Positions 29,553 to 38,918 of a stretch of 64,000 nt of DNA are shown in pieces. Each line of letters opens with the position of its first letter. Within the stretch, counting starts at the first letter, position 1. Made by a program: the position numbers and the translations under genes. The DNA comes from Thermoproteota archaeon. GTDB lineage: Archaea; Korarchaeota; Korarchaeia; Korarchaeales; Korarchaeaceae. Location: NCBI GenBank assembly GCA_027492205.1, contig JAOZFN010000017.1, positions 32,001 through 96,000 of the forward strand. Reading direction: 5' to 3'. The notes beneath the pieces were generated by a model. It saw only the letters and a program-made list of their open reading frames with translations, did no database searches and was not told the DNA's origin.

Positions 29553-31882
29553 GCTCGAGCTCCGTACTGGAGGAGATTCGGAGGGCAGAGGAGTTCCTGG
29601 TCGTGGGCAAGGGAGTCAGGAGGATCGACGCCCTGGACAAGGTCACCGGGAGGGCCAGGTTCACGGGCGACTTCGTCCTGAAGGACGCCCTCCACGTCAG
29701 GCTGGTGAAGAGCCCCATACCCCACGGGAGGATCATCGAGATAGACGCCGAGAGGGCCCTTAGCCTGGGCCCCGTCCGCTTCTTCACGGCCGCGGACATT
29801 CCTGGGGAGAACCAGGTGGGCTACGCCCTGCCGGATCAGCCCCTCCTGCCCGCGGACAAGGTCAGGTACGTCGGAGAGCCGGTCGCCCTCGTGGCGGCCC
29901 CCGACGAGGACCTCGCCGAGAAGGCCGCCGAGCTCGTGGAGGTGAGGTACGAGGAGCTCCCGGCAGTGTTCGACCCGCTCGAGGCGATGGAGCGGTCCGA
30001 CGTGCTGGTGCACGAGGACAGAGGCACGAACATAGCCGAGATGACCAGGGTGAGGAAGGGGAACGTTGAGAGGGGCTTCGAGGAGTCCGACGTCGTCGTG
30101 GAGAACACCTACAGGACCGGCCACCAGGAGCACGCCCCCTTGGAGACCGAGGGGGCCGTCGCCATACCGGACACCCAGGGGGGCGTCACCGTCATCGCCT
30201 CCATACAGTACCCGCACCTCTGCCAGAGGATCACGGCGAGGGTCCTGGGGCTGCCCCACAGCATGGTCAGGGTCGTCCAGCCCTACGTCGGCGGGGGGTT
30301 CGGCGGGAAGGACGACATGGGTCCCGTAGTGAGCGCCATGGCCGCGCTGGTGGCCTTCAAGACCGGCAAGCCGGCCGTGCTGGTCTACAGCCGGAGGGAC
30401 AGCTTCACCTCCACCTGCAAGAGGGACCCGTCGGTCGTCAGGTACAAGACGGGCGCCACAAGGGACGGGAGGCTGAAGGCCATCGAGGTCCAGATAATAC
30501 TCGACTCGGGGGCGTACGCGAACAGGGGACCGTACGTCCTCTGGAGGGCGACGATGCACGCGGGCGGGCCCTACGAGGTACCGAACGCCAAGGTCGACGG
30601 CTTCCTGGTCTACACCAACAAGGTGTTCGAGGGGTCCTTCAGGGGGTTCGGGAACCCCCAGGTCCAGTTCGCGGCCGAGAGCCAGCTCGACGAGCTGGCC
30701 GAGAGGCTGGGCATGGATCCGCTGGAGATAAGGCTCAAGAACCTGCTGAGGCCCGGGAGCAGGACCATAACCGACCAGCTCCTGGAGTCCTCGGTCGGGA
30801 TCTACGAGGCCGTCAAGCTCCTGGGAGAGAAGACCGGGTTCAGGGCGAAGTGGCGCGAGTACAGGAGGGAGAGAGCTGGCAGGGTGAGGAGGGGGATAGG
30901 GATAGCCTGCGGCTACCACGGGATAAGCACCAGCAGGGGGGTGCCGGACTGGTCCAACGCCACCGTCATACTCGGGAGGGACGGGAGCGTCACTGTGGAG
31001 ACGGGCATATGCGAGATAGGCCAGGGCAGCTGGACGGCCCACGCCCAGATAGCTGCGGAGGTGCTGGGCGTGCCGGTGGAGAGGGTCAAGGTGGTCGGGG
31101 GGACCAGCGACGCCCCCGACACCGGGGCGACGCACGCGTCCAGGGGGTCGAGCATAGGCGGGATAGGGGTGTACGTCGCGGCGAGGAGGCTGAGGGAGAG
31201 GCTGGCGGATGCGGCCGCCAGGCTGCTGGAGTGCGACCCCTCTGACGTGGAGATCAGGGAGGGCAGGGCGTTCCGCAGGGACAACCCAGACGACTACGTG
31301 GAGTGGGAGGAACTCGTCCAGGCGGCCTACGGCATGGGCTACGAGATGAGCGCCACCGGCTACTTCTTCCTCCCGAAGGGCAAGTTCGACATGGAGAGGG
31401 GTCTGGGGTACGCGTACCCGGCGTTCAGCTACATCGCCAACGTGGCGGAGGTGGAGGTGGACCTGGAGACCGGCAAGGTCAGGGTCGTGAGGGTCTGGCC
31501 GGCCCTCGCCGCCGGGAGGATCCTCAACCCGGTGCTGGTGGAGGGGCAGATCGAGGGGGCCATCGCCCAGGGAATGGGATACGCGCTGACCGAGGAGCTG
31601 AAGTTCGAGGATGGGCGCATCCTGAACCCGAACTTCACGGACTACCTGATCCCGACATCGCTAGACGTGCCGGAGGTGGAGGAGCCGATATACGTGGAGG
31701 ACCTCTACGAGTACGGGCCGTTCGGTGCCAAGGGAGTCGGGGAGATGGCGCTGATCCCGACGCCGGCGGCCATAATGAACGCCGTGAAGAACGCGACGGG
31801 CGTCAGGATAACTGAGATCCCGGCCACCCCCGAGAAGGTTTACTTCGCCCTGAGGAGGGCGGGGGTGGTAGCCGGAGAGTGA
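29549..31882 (+). CDS. xanthine dehydrogenase-family molybdopterin-binding subunit (copy 2)
   Basis: RIDALDKVTG, GGGFGGK, FRGFGNPQ, GPFGAKGVGE; GTG at 29549. Confidence 0.93.
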   Translation: MSSSSVLEEIRRAEEFLVVGKGVRRIDALDKVTGRARFTGDFVLKDALHVRLVKSPIPHGRIIEIDAERALSLGPVRFFTAADIPGENQVGYALPDQPLLPADKVRYVGEPVALVAAPDEDLAEKAAELVEVRYEELPAVFDPLEAMERSDVLVHEDRGTNIAEMTRVRKGNVERGFEESDVVVENTYRTGHQEHAPLETEGAVAIPDTQGGVTVIASIQYPHLCQRITARVLGLPHSMVRVVQPYVGGGFGGKDDMGPVVSAMAALVAFKTGKPAVLVYSRRDSFTSTCKRDPSVVRYKTGATRDGRLKAIEVQIILDSGAYANRGPYVLWRATMHAGGPYEVPNAKVDGFLVYTNKVFEGSFRGFGNPQVQFAAESQLDELAERLGMDPLEIRLKNLLRPGSRTITDQLLESSVGIYEAVKLLGEKTGFRAKWREYRRERAGRVRRGIGIACGYHGISTSRGVPDWSNATVILGRDGSVTVETGICEIGQGSWTAHAQIAAEVLGVPVERVKVVGGTSDAPDTGATHASRGSSIGGIGVYVAARRLRERLADAAARLLECDPSDVEIREGRAFRRDNPDDYVEWEELVQAAYGMGYEMSATGYFFLPKGKFDMERGLGYAYPAFSYIANVAEVEVDLETGKVRVVRVWPALAAGRILNPVLVEGQIEGAIAQGMGYALTEELKFEDGRILNPNFTDYLIPTSLDVPEVEEPIYVEDLYEYGPFGAKGVGEMALIPTPAAIMNAVKNATGVRITEIPATPEKVYFALRRAGVVAGE

Positions 31883-31889
31883 TCCCCGC

Positions 31890-32153
31890 GTGATCAGGGT
31901 CAGAGTCCGCTTCTACGCCGGACTGAGGCACCGCGTCGGCGTGAGCGAGGTCACGCTTGAGCTGCCTGGTGGGGCGAGGGTGGAGCACGCCGTGGATGAG
32001 CTGGCCAGGATGTTCCCGAGGGCGCTGAGGAGGATGAAGGCCCTGATGGGATACGCCTACTGGGTCGCCAAGAACGGGCTCCAGGTCTCCCTGGGGGCCG
32101 AGCTGAGGGACGGGGACGAGCTCGTGGTGTTCCCGCCGATATCGGGGGGCTGA
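31890..32153 (+). CDS. MoaD/SAMP ubiquitin-like sulfur carrier
   Basis: VRFYA..., LRDGDELVVFPPISGG C-terminal diglycine. Confidence 0.92.
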   Translation: MIRVRVRFYAGLRHRVGVSEVTLELPGGARVEHAVDELARMFPRALRRMKALMGYAYWVAKNGLQVSLGAELRDGDELVVFPPISGG

Positions 32154-32419
32154 ACAGGCTCAGCGACGGGCCCCGGAAGGCGAGCCCGGGGGGTGGGAGG
32201 CGAGCATATCGTCCCATCACGCCGAGCGCGGAGACTTGAGTCGGAAATGGCGAAAGACCCGATGTCTGAGATGATGTAGGCGGGTGCCGCGGATCGTGGG
32301 GCCTGGTCTGGCCAGTTGAGGGCCTCTGGGTCTTCATGACACCGGTGGATCTCAGCCGTCTCAGCGGCAGGCGGGCGTGGGCTGAAAGCCAGAAGAGGCC
32401 GAGGCACTCGATCCAGGGA

Positions 32420-32525
32420 GGGCTCCGTGAAGGCGTCCCCCTCCCCCGAGCAGGTCGGAGATCTCCTCGGGGTCCACGTCGCAGGTCAAGAGCCCGGTCG
32501 GGGGCTGCCCAGCGGGCTATCGGAG
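32420..32525 (-). pseudogene. remnant of a PIN/VapC C-terminus
   Basis: Minus strand reads LLTCDVDPEEISDLL, matching LLTCDSDHEGISDLL of the PIN gene at 37391-37843. Confidence 0.5.
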
Positions 32526-32728
32526 GGTCCGCGCGCGGAAGGGTCGGTGTCGGGGGGTAACGCGGGTCCCCCCCGGGGGTCTGAACTCACAAGGCGAAGT
32601 CCTTCGCCAAGCCCTGGCTACGCCTCTCCGCCACATTGGAACGCGGGACTTCCCCCGTCGGCCCTCCGGTCGGGCGGGCTCAGTAAAATTTTATTGTCCA
32701 GATGGGATTACCGGATTGGTGGTACCCT

Positions 32729-32953
32729 GTGAGTATTACCGTCTCCGCCAAAGTGGAGAGGGGCGTTGTAGAGAGGGCGAAGAAGTACGGGATAAACATA
32801 AGCGAAGTCATGAGAGAGGCTCTAAAGAGGGAGGTGGAGAGGAGGGAGAGGGAATACCTCCTAAAGAGGTTGAGAAAGGCCGGCGAGATACTAGAAAAGA
32901 TCCCCCCAGGGGAGATAGTCGAGGTCGTGAGGAGAAGCAGGGATGAGGGATGA
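32729..32953 (+). CDS. VapB-type antitoxin (RHH/CcdA-like)
   Basis: ITVSAKV..AKKYGINISEVMREAL; ATGA overlap with the PIN gene. Confidence 0.88.
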   Translation: MSITVSAKVERGVVERAKKYGINISEVMREALKREVERREREYLLKRLRKAGEILEKIPPGEIVEVVRRSRDEG

Positions 32954-33387
32954 GGGCCCTGTTTGACGCCTCCGCCCTGATAAACCTGGTGAGAGATAGG
33001 AAGGATGGGTGCCTGGACCTGCTGGAGGGCGGCGCGATACTCTCCCTGACCCCATACGAGGTTGGGAATGCCCTGTGGAAGGAGGTCCATTTGAAAGGCA
33101 ACTTGAACCCAGAGGAGGCCAGGTACCTGCAGGAGACCTTTGAACTCCTGTTCGGGAGGATGGAGGTGATAAAGCCCTCCGCGTGGCGGGAGGTGCTCGA
33201 CCTGGCTGTGAGGGCGGGCATCACATTTTACGACGCTGCCTACGTGGCGGCGGCGATGGAAAGGGACCTACCTCTGGTCACGGACGACGAGAGACTCGTC
33301 AAGAGGATCAAGGGCGGGGGGCTCCTGAAGGAGAAGGGGAGAGCCGTGAAGATCCTCCCGTCAAACGAGATCGATCGCGTGGGGTAG
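32950..33387 (+). CDS. VapC PIN-domain toxin
   Basis: FDASAL, YEVGNALWK, TFYDAAY, LVTDD. Confidence 0.92.
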   Translation: MRALFDASALINLVRDRKDGCLDLLEGGAILSLTPYEVGNALWKEVHLKGNLNPEEARYLQETFELLFGRMEVIKPSAWREVLDLAVRAGITFYDAAYVAAAMERDLPLVTDDERLVKRIKGGGLLKEKGRAVKILPSNEIDRVG

Positions 33388-33800
33388 AGACGTCCCGAGA
33401 TCCCCCCTGCCCCTGAGCGTACTCCGATCCCGAAGTCGACTACCGGCTTGAGGCCCGCGGCCACCTCCACGCGCGCTGCCAACCATGGCCCCGCCCGACG
33501 GGCGGAGGAGGGACACCGAGGTGCCCGTCTCCGGCGGACCAAGCTTGGAGTAGCGCCCGCCATGCCCATCACGGGCGGCCTTGGATCTGATACGCTGCCG
33601 CCTTAGAGGGAGTTGAGGTCGACGCCCCTCCATCCCAGGAGGGCGCCGCAACCTCGTCCGCTCCGGCCAGCACGCCCCACCCAGAGCATCCCCCTTGTCT
33701 TTACCCGAGGAGGCCCTCGCAGCAATCTCAGCAGCTGCCCTGGGGTTCTTGGATATCATTCGCCTCGGGCGCGCGCCACTGGGCGCGTGGGCAGAGCGAT

Positions 33801-34409
33801 CTACAAGATCTCTCCCTTCGCCCTCTTCAGGTCCTCGAGGCTGTCCACGTCGAACAGCACCTCCCTCTCTCCAACGGGGACCCTCAGAATCTCTCCCCTG
33901 TGCCTCCGGACGACCGCCTTCAACCCCATCGTGTCCTCGTCGATCTGGAGGATCTCGGGGATCAGGGAGCGGTCGAACAGTATGGGGTGTCCCGACCTCC
34001 CGGCGTGTGACGCCACGGCTATCCTCGGCCTGCGGCGGGCGTAGGCCATAATGACCTCGTCTATCGCGCGGGGAGATATGAAGGCGACATCGGCGGGGAG
34101 CACGGCCACGGCCTCCGCTTCCTCGGAGGCCGAAGCCACACCGACCCTCACGGAGCTGGACATGCCCTCGCTGTATGCCGGGTTCCTGACGATCCTCAGC
34201 CTCTCGTCCCGGATGTCGGAGATCTCTCCCTCCACGAGTTCTGCCTGGTGCCCCGTGACCACGATGACCTCAGAGGCCAGCGACGCGAGGGCCGTCTCAA
34301 CGACCCTCCTGATGAGGGACTTGCCCCCGACCCGGAAGAGCAGCTTGTTCCCGGCCTCGAACCTCTTGGACTCACCCGCGGCGAGCACCACGAGGGAGAC
34401 CCTGGGCAC
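33801..34409 (-). CDS. molybdenum cofactor cytidylyltransferase-like NTP transferase (MocA family)
   Basis: LAAGESKRF..NKLL, GMSSS, GHPILF, DVD; XDH context. Confidence 0.88.
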   Translation of the reverse strand: MPRVSLVVLAAGESKRFEAGNKLLFRVGGKSLIRRVVETALASLASEVIVVTGHQAELVEGEISDIRDERLRIVRNPAYSEGMSSSVRVGVASASEEAEAVAVLPADVAFISPRAIDEVIMAYARRRPRIAVASHAGRSGHPILFDRSLIPEILQIDEDTMGLKAVVRRHRGEILRVPVGEREVLFDVDSLEDLKRAKGEIL

Positions 34410-34419
34410 GTCGGACCCG

Positions 34420-35670
34420 TCACGCCCCTCCCCAGAGCCCCCTCCCGGCGTAGATCACCACCTCCTCGCCAGCCTCCAGCCTCAGGATCCCCTCGGGGAT
34501 CTCCACGAAGCCGTCGGACTCCACAACAGGGCGGCGGCAGAAGCTCGGCGCCTTGATGGGGACCACCTCCTCCCCCTCCAGCCTAGCGAACACGATCCTC
34601 CTGAACGGGGCGTACCTCTCGTCCCCAACCGGGGCCCTCAATCTCCCCCGCCCGACCTCGACCCTGGCCTCCGGCGGGAGGCCGGCCATCGCCCTCACCA
34701 GGGGGAGGAGCACGTACACCAGGCCCGCGATCATGGACTGATAGTGGCCGGCGAGCAAGACCACCGGCTTCCCCCCGACGAACGCCGCGCTCGTCACCCG
34801 CCCGGGCTTGAGCCTGAGCCCCCGAAACGCGGGCTCGAATCCGTCCATCGACTTGAGGGTCGTCCACACGTAGTCCCACCGGCCGATAGACGTCCCGCCT
34901 ACCGTGACAACGACGTCGGCCGCGCTCAGGGCCTGCTGGAGCACCTCCCCTATCTCGTCCGGGTCGTCTGGGGCGATCGGCATCCTGAGGGGGTCTCCCC
35001 CGTTCCTCCTGACGGCCTCCCCCACTACAGCGTGCCTGACCTCCAGCTTAACCCCCGAGGCGCGACCGGGGTCGGGAGAGTAGCTCAGCTCACTCCCGAC
35101 GGGCACTATCGCCACCCTCGGCCTCCTGGAGACCCTGACCGAGTGAAACCCCAGATCGGCCAGAAGGTCCAGGTGCCTGGGCTCCACCAGCTGGCCGGAC
35201 CTGAGCACCACCTGCCCCGCCCTCACGTCGGCCCCGGCCTGCAGCACGTTCCTTCCGGGCCGGACAGGAGACCTGACGACTATGCGACCCACCTCCCTGG
35301 GGACCGACTCCACCGGGATGACCGAGTCGGCCCCCTCAGGCAGGTAGGCGTCCGTGGCGACGTAGAAGGCGCAGCCGGGCTCCAGGCGACCGGGATCCTC
35401 TCCAATTCGAACCTCTCCGGTCACTCGGATCCTCACAGGGCTGTCCGGACTGGCGCCGGAGGTGTCCGCCGACGACACCGCGTAGCCGTCGAAGAGGGAC
35501 GTGGGCCTCCTCGGGACGTCCCAAGGGGCCCTCAGGTCCTCCGCAGAGACCCTACCGACGGCATCCGCCAGTGGGACCTCCTCCACCTCCGTCGGCCGGG
35601 CCCCGGACAGGAGGGCGTCGAGGGCCCGGTCGAGCGGGGAGTACCTGAAGAGCTTCTCCCTGAGGCTCAA
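34420..35670 (-). CDS. moeA: molybdopterin molybdotransferase
   Basis: GRVSAEDL, FDGYAV, GSEL, GGTSIG..D, LKPGR. Confidence 0.88.
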   Translation of the reverse strand: MSLREKLFRYSPLDRALDALLSGARPTEVEEVPLADAVGRVSAEDLRAPWDVPRRPTSLFDGYAVSSADTSGASPDSPVRIRVTGEVRIGEDPGRLEPGCAFYVATDAYLPEGADSVIPVESVPREVGRIVVRSPVRPGRNVLQAGADVRAGQVVLRSGQLVEPRHLDLLADLGFHSVRVSRRPRVAIVPVGSELSYSPDPGRASGVKLEVRHAVVGEAVRRNGGDPLRMPIAPDDPDEIGEVLQQALSAADVVVTVGGTSIGRWDYVWTTLKSMDGFEPAFRGLRLKPGRVTSAAFVGGKPVVLLAGHYQSMIAGLVYVLLPLVRAMAGLPPEARVEVGRGRLRAPVGDERYAPFRRIVFARLEGEEVVPIKAPSFCRRPVVESDGFVEIPEGILRLEAGEEVVIYAGRGLWGGA

Positions 35671-36527
35671 TCCGAACCCCTCTCCAGCGCATCTATCATC
35701 CCGTCGGCCACCGACATAGACCCGGGGGGCCGGACCCCCTTAACCACGGCCAGCATCTCCGCGACGACGCTGACGGCCACCTCACCGGGCGTGTCCGAGC
35801 CGAGGTCGAGCCCGGACGGCACCCTCAGGACCCCCTTGAGTCTGGAGAAGTCGAGCCCCTCGTCCCTGAGCCTGGTCAGCAGCTTCCCACCCTTAGTCCT
35901 GCTTCCCAACAGGCCGACGTATCTCGGGAGCCTCTCGAGGCCGCACAGGAACCGAAGCACCCTGTACTCCACGTCCGGCTCCCCGTGGGCTATGAAGAGG
36001 AGATCCTCCGGGCCCGGAGGGTCCCTCGCGAGGCCGTCAACGGGATCGCCGACCCTCAGCTCAGCCCCCGGAAACCTCTCTGGAGTGGCGGTCTCCGGGT
36101 GGTCGTCCACCACCACGGATCTCCACCCCAGGACCCGGGCCACCCTGTGGACGTGGAGGGCCACGTGCCCGGACCCCACGAGGAAGAGCCTCGGGTCCGG
36201 CACCAGCACGTCGATGAACACCGCCGACTCGCCCCCGCACAGGTGGCCGGTGCCTATGGACCCGGGGGAGCCGGACTCCGTGAAGCTGAACCTGAGGAGC
36301 CTGGGCCTGCCGTCCTGGAGCGCCTCCCTCGCCGCCTCGACGACCATCCTCTCGAACTCCCCTCCCCCGAGGGTCCCGAAGACTCCGCCCTCGAGCACGG
36401 CCAGCTTGGCCCCAGGATCCCTGGGGCCGGAGCCCACCTTCTCCACGACGGTGCAGAGCGCCACCCGCCTGCCCCTGCTCAGCTCTCGGGCCGCCGCCGC
36501 GAGGACGGCTGGATCTCCGGCCGGCAT
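35667..36527 (-). CDS. XdhC/CoxI accessory protein
   Basis: GSGPRDPGAK, GTLGGG, CGG, GSGHVA, YVGLLGSR, TPGEVAVS. Confidence 0.92.
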   Translation of the reverse strand: MPAGDPAVLAAAARELSRGRRVALCTVVEKVGSGPRDPGAKLAVLEGGVFGTLGGGEFERMVVEAAREALQDGRPRLLRFSFTESGSPGSIGTGHLCGGESAVFIDVLVPDPRLFLVGSGHVALHVHRVARVLGWRSVVVDDHPETATPERFPGAELRVGDPVDGLARDPPGPEDLLFIAHGEPDVEYRVLRFLCGLERLPRYVGLLGSRTKGGKLLTRLRDEGLDFSRLKGVLRVPSGLDLGSDTPGEVAVSVVAEMLAVVKGVRPPGSMSVADGMIDALERGSD

Positions 36528-36604
36528 CTACCGGAGGAAGAGGCGGTCAAATATTATCCTGAGAGGGGGCCCGCGCAGGCCGGGAGGGCTGGTTCGCCAG
36601 GGGG

Positions 36605-37342
36605 TCACCTCCCGAGGGGGCACCACCTCCTGAACCCGAGGAGCGCCTCGGCTGAGGCGCCGGTGACGCCGTAGAGCACTATCTTCTCTGAGGGGGCGGA
36701 GATCAGGTCGTCGAGAGTGCCGTTGGCCACCACGCTGCTGGTCACGAGGGCGAGGTCGGCCCACTGGACGGCCTCCCCGTCCGAAGATTGGGGCTCCACC
36801 TCGACGCCCTCGACCATCTTCCCGACGTTCCTGGGGTTCGCGTCGGTTATCCTCAGGCGGGTCCAGCCGAGCGTCCGGGCCAGGGAGCGGGCCATGGCCG
36901 GCTGGTACCCTATCAGGGCCACCCTCTCGACGCCGAGGCCAGATACCCACTCGGCCAGCCTCTCGGCGCACCTCCACGGGTCCTCGTCCCTGCAGTGGAC
37001 GGTCCTGTCCGCGAGGCCCAGCGCCCGAACCAGTGCGTTGGACGTCGCCACCAAGATCGCTCTCAGGCTGAGGTCTGAGGCGTCGAGCTCAAGGACCTCG
37101 CCCAGGGTCCCGGAGAACTCCCAAGGGTGTCCGGTGAAGGCCTGTCCCCTGGCGCCGAGGACCGTCGCCTCGACCAGCCTCTCCTCACCCCGGGCGAGGG
37201 GGAACTCCGGGCTCCCGGGGTCACCGATGGCCTCCTTCGGAGAGAGGGGGTGGGCTCTCACCTCTACCCTCTCGCCCCCAAGGCCCCTCGAGGCGACCAG
37301 ATCTCTGAGCCTCCCCCTCAGGAGATCGACGAGGCACCCCAT
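36605..37342 (-). CDS. DUF364-like Rossmann-fold protein
   Basis: GARGQAFT, TVHCRD, VALIGYQP, SSVVANGT, C-terminal RWCP. Confidence 0.7.
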   Translation of the reverse strand: MGCLVDLLRGRLRDLVASRGLGGERVEVRAHPLSPKEAIGDPGSPEFPLARGEERLVEATVLGARGQAFTGHPWEFSGTLGEVLELDASDLSLRAILVATSNALVRALGLADRTVHCRDEDPWRCAERLAEWVSGLGVERVALIGYQPAMARSLARTLGWTRLRITDANPRNVGKMVEGVEVEPQSSDGEAVQWADLALVTSSVVANGTLDDLISAPSEKIVLYGVTGASAEALLGFRRWCPLGR

Positions 37343-37390
37343 CCACGGGCCGAGTGGTCCAGACCCGGATAAATGTAGGCTGCCGGAAGC

Positions 37391-37843
37391 TCACGACCGT
37401 CGAGGAGTTCCTCGGGGGGAGGGCTCGACGAACACCACCTCTATTCCCTCGCTCGCCAGGAGATCTGAGATCCCCTCGTGGTCGGAGTCGCAGGTGAGGA
37501 GCCTGGCCGGGGGATCGGGGGAGCACGCTATCAGCAGGTCCAGGTCGGGGACCTCGATTCCCCTCTCCTCTGCCCTGGCCCTGACTCTAGCCGCCAGGTC
37601 GACCGCCCTCCTGGTCAGCGGGGCGACGGAGATCCACCTCAGCGTCCTCTGGATCCACAGGAGTTCGCTCGAGTCCCCCTCGCTCGGAGCGCGTGGTAGG
37701 CCCCCGCGAGCAGCTCATACTCCGTCAAAACTGAGATTAGGATATCTCCCGCCCCCCTCTGCGGCCCTCCTGAGGGACTCGGCAGCCTTGGACCTTCCCC
37801 TCCTCAGCTCGAGCAGGAAGGACGTGTCTAGGAGGAGGTTCAA
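37391..37843 (-). pseudogene. VapC PIN toxin with two compensating frameshifts
   Basis: LLDTSFLL and DLLIA..LLTCDSD share a frame; the middle ISVLTEYELL is in another frame between G-runs at ~37755 and ~37677, leaving TGA at 37715. Confidence 0.8.
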
Positions 37844-38064
37844 GCTTCCACCCTGAGGCCGAAGCCCTCCCTCAGCTCCCTGGCTATCCTCTCGATCTCC
37901 TCGACTCCCTCCAACCTCCTGGACTCCTCTATGATGCGCTCGACCCTGAGATCCACCCTCGATCGGATGAGCTCGTCTATGACCTGGGAGAAGCTCCTGC
38001 CTCCGGCTCCCTTGAGGGCCACGAGCTTCCTGTAGACCTCGTCGCTCACGGTTATGGTCTTCAT
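37840..38064 (-). CDS. VapB-type antitoxin
   Basis: MKTITVSDEVYRKL..SFSQVIDELI. Confidence 0.9.
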   Translation of the reverse strand: MKTITVSDEVYRKLVALKGAGGRSFSQVIDELIRSRVDLRVERIIEESRRLEGVEEIERIARELREGFGLRVEA

Positions 38065-38163
38065 CTCTTCGTGTGTCGTACATTATGGAACATAAGCCAT
38101 GTGCGAAGGGGTGGACGCCCCGCCACGCGAATTATATCTCGCGGGGGAGACGGGATTCTAGCA

Positions 38164-38769
38164 GTGCGCGGCAAAAGGTTGCCGAGAGATTTCTTCTGCA
38201 GGGATCCGGTGACGCTGGCCGTTGACCTCCTGGGCAAGCTCCTGGTCCACGAGTCTCCAGAGGGCAGGACCTCCGGCATAGTGGTGGAGACGGAGGCCTA
38301 CCTCGGGAGGGAGGACAGGGCGTCGCACGGGTACGGGGGCAGGAGGACCCCCAGGATGGAGCCCCTCTACGGGCCGTGCGGGCGCGCCTACGTCTACGTG
38401 GTCCACGGGAGGCCCCTGCTGAACGTTGTTGCCGGACCGCCCGGGGAGCCCACGGCCGTCCTGATCAGGGCGCTGGAGCCCAGGGAGGGAATTGAGCTCA
38501 TGGCCAGGAGGCGGGGGGTGAGGGTGGAGAGGGCTTCAGACCTGAAGAAGCTCTGCTCCGGGCCGGGGAGGCTCACCCAGGCCATGGGAATAACGAGGGA
38601 GCACAACGGCGTGGACCTGGTGGAGGGGCCGCTACGCTTCGAGGACGTGGGGTACGAGGTCCGCGAGGTCGTGAGGAGGCCAAGGGTCGGCGTGGACTAC
38701 GCGGGCGAGGACGCGCTAAGGCCCCTCAGGTTCTACGTCGCGGGGAGCAGGTTCGTGTCGAGGAGGTGA
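38164..38769 (+). CDS. mpg: 3-methyladenine DNA glycosylase (AAG/MPG family)
   Basis: IVVETEAY, ASH, AYVY, VLIRALEP, SGPGRL, RVGV. Confidence 0.93.
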   Translation: MRGKRLPRDFFCRDPVTLAVDLLGKLLVHESPEGRTSGIVVETEAYLGREDRASHGYGGRRTPRMEPLYGPCGRAYVYVVHGRPLLNVVAGPPGEPTAVLIRALEPREGIELMARRRGVRVERASDLKKLCSGPGRLTQAMGITREHNGVDLVEGPLRFEDVGYEVREVVRRPRVGVDYAGEDALRPLRFYVAGSRFVSRR

Positions 38770-38918
38770 GCGAGCTACCGGCGGACCGTGTGGGACGGTC
38801 GGGCGGAGGGTGGGTGAGGGCAGGGTTGCCGCGGCGCTCCCCGGATTGTGGGGGCTAGGTTGGGGCTCCTTGGAGCCAGCGGTGTGCCGGAATTGGTTAT
38901 CAGCTCTGCCGACCCCCG

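Noticed and set aside
29333-31135. 600-aa minus-strand ORF and similar long ORFs (10937-12250, 23179-24111, 61304-63067)
   Set aside because: High-GC shadow frames overlapping well-supported genes
34051-36633. 860-aa plus-strand ORF
   Set aside because: Antisense shadow of mocA/moeA/xdhC; Ser/Pro/Arg-rich with no motifs
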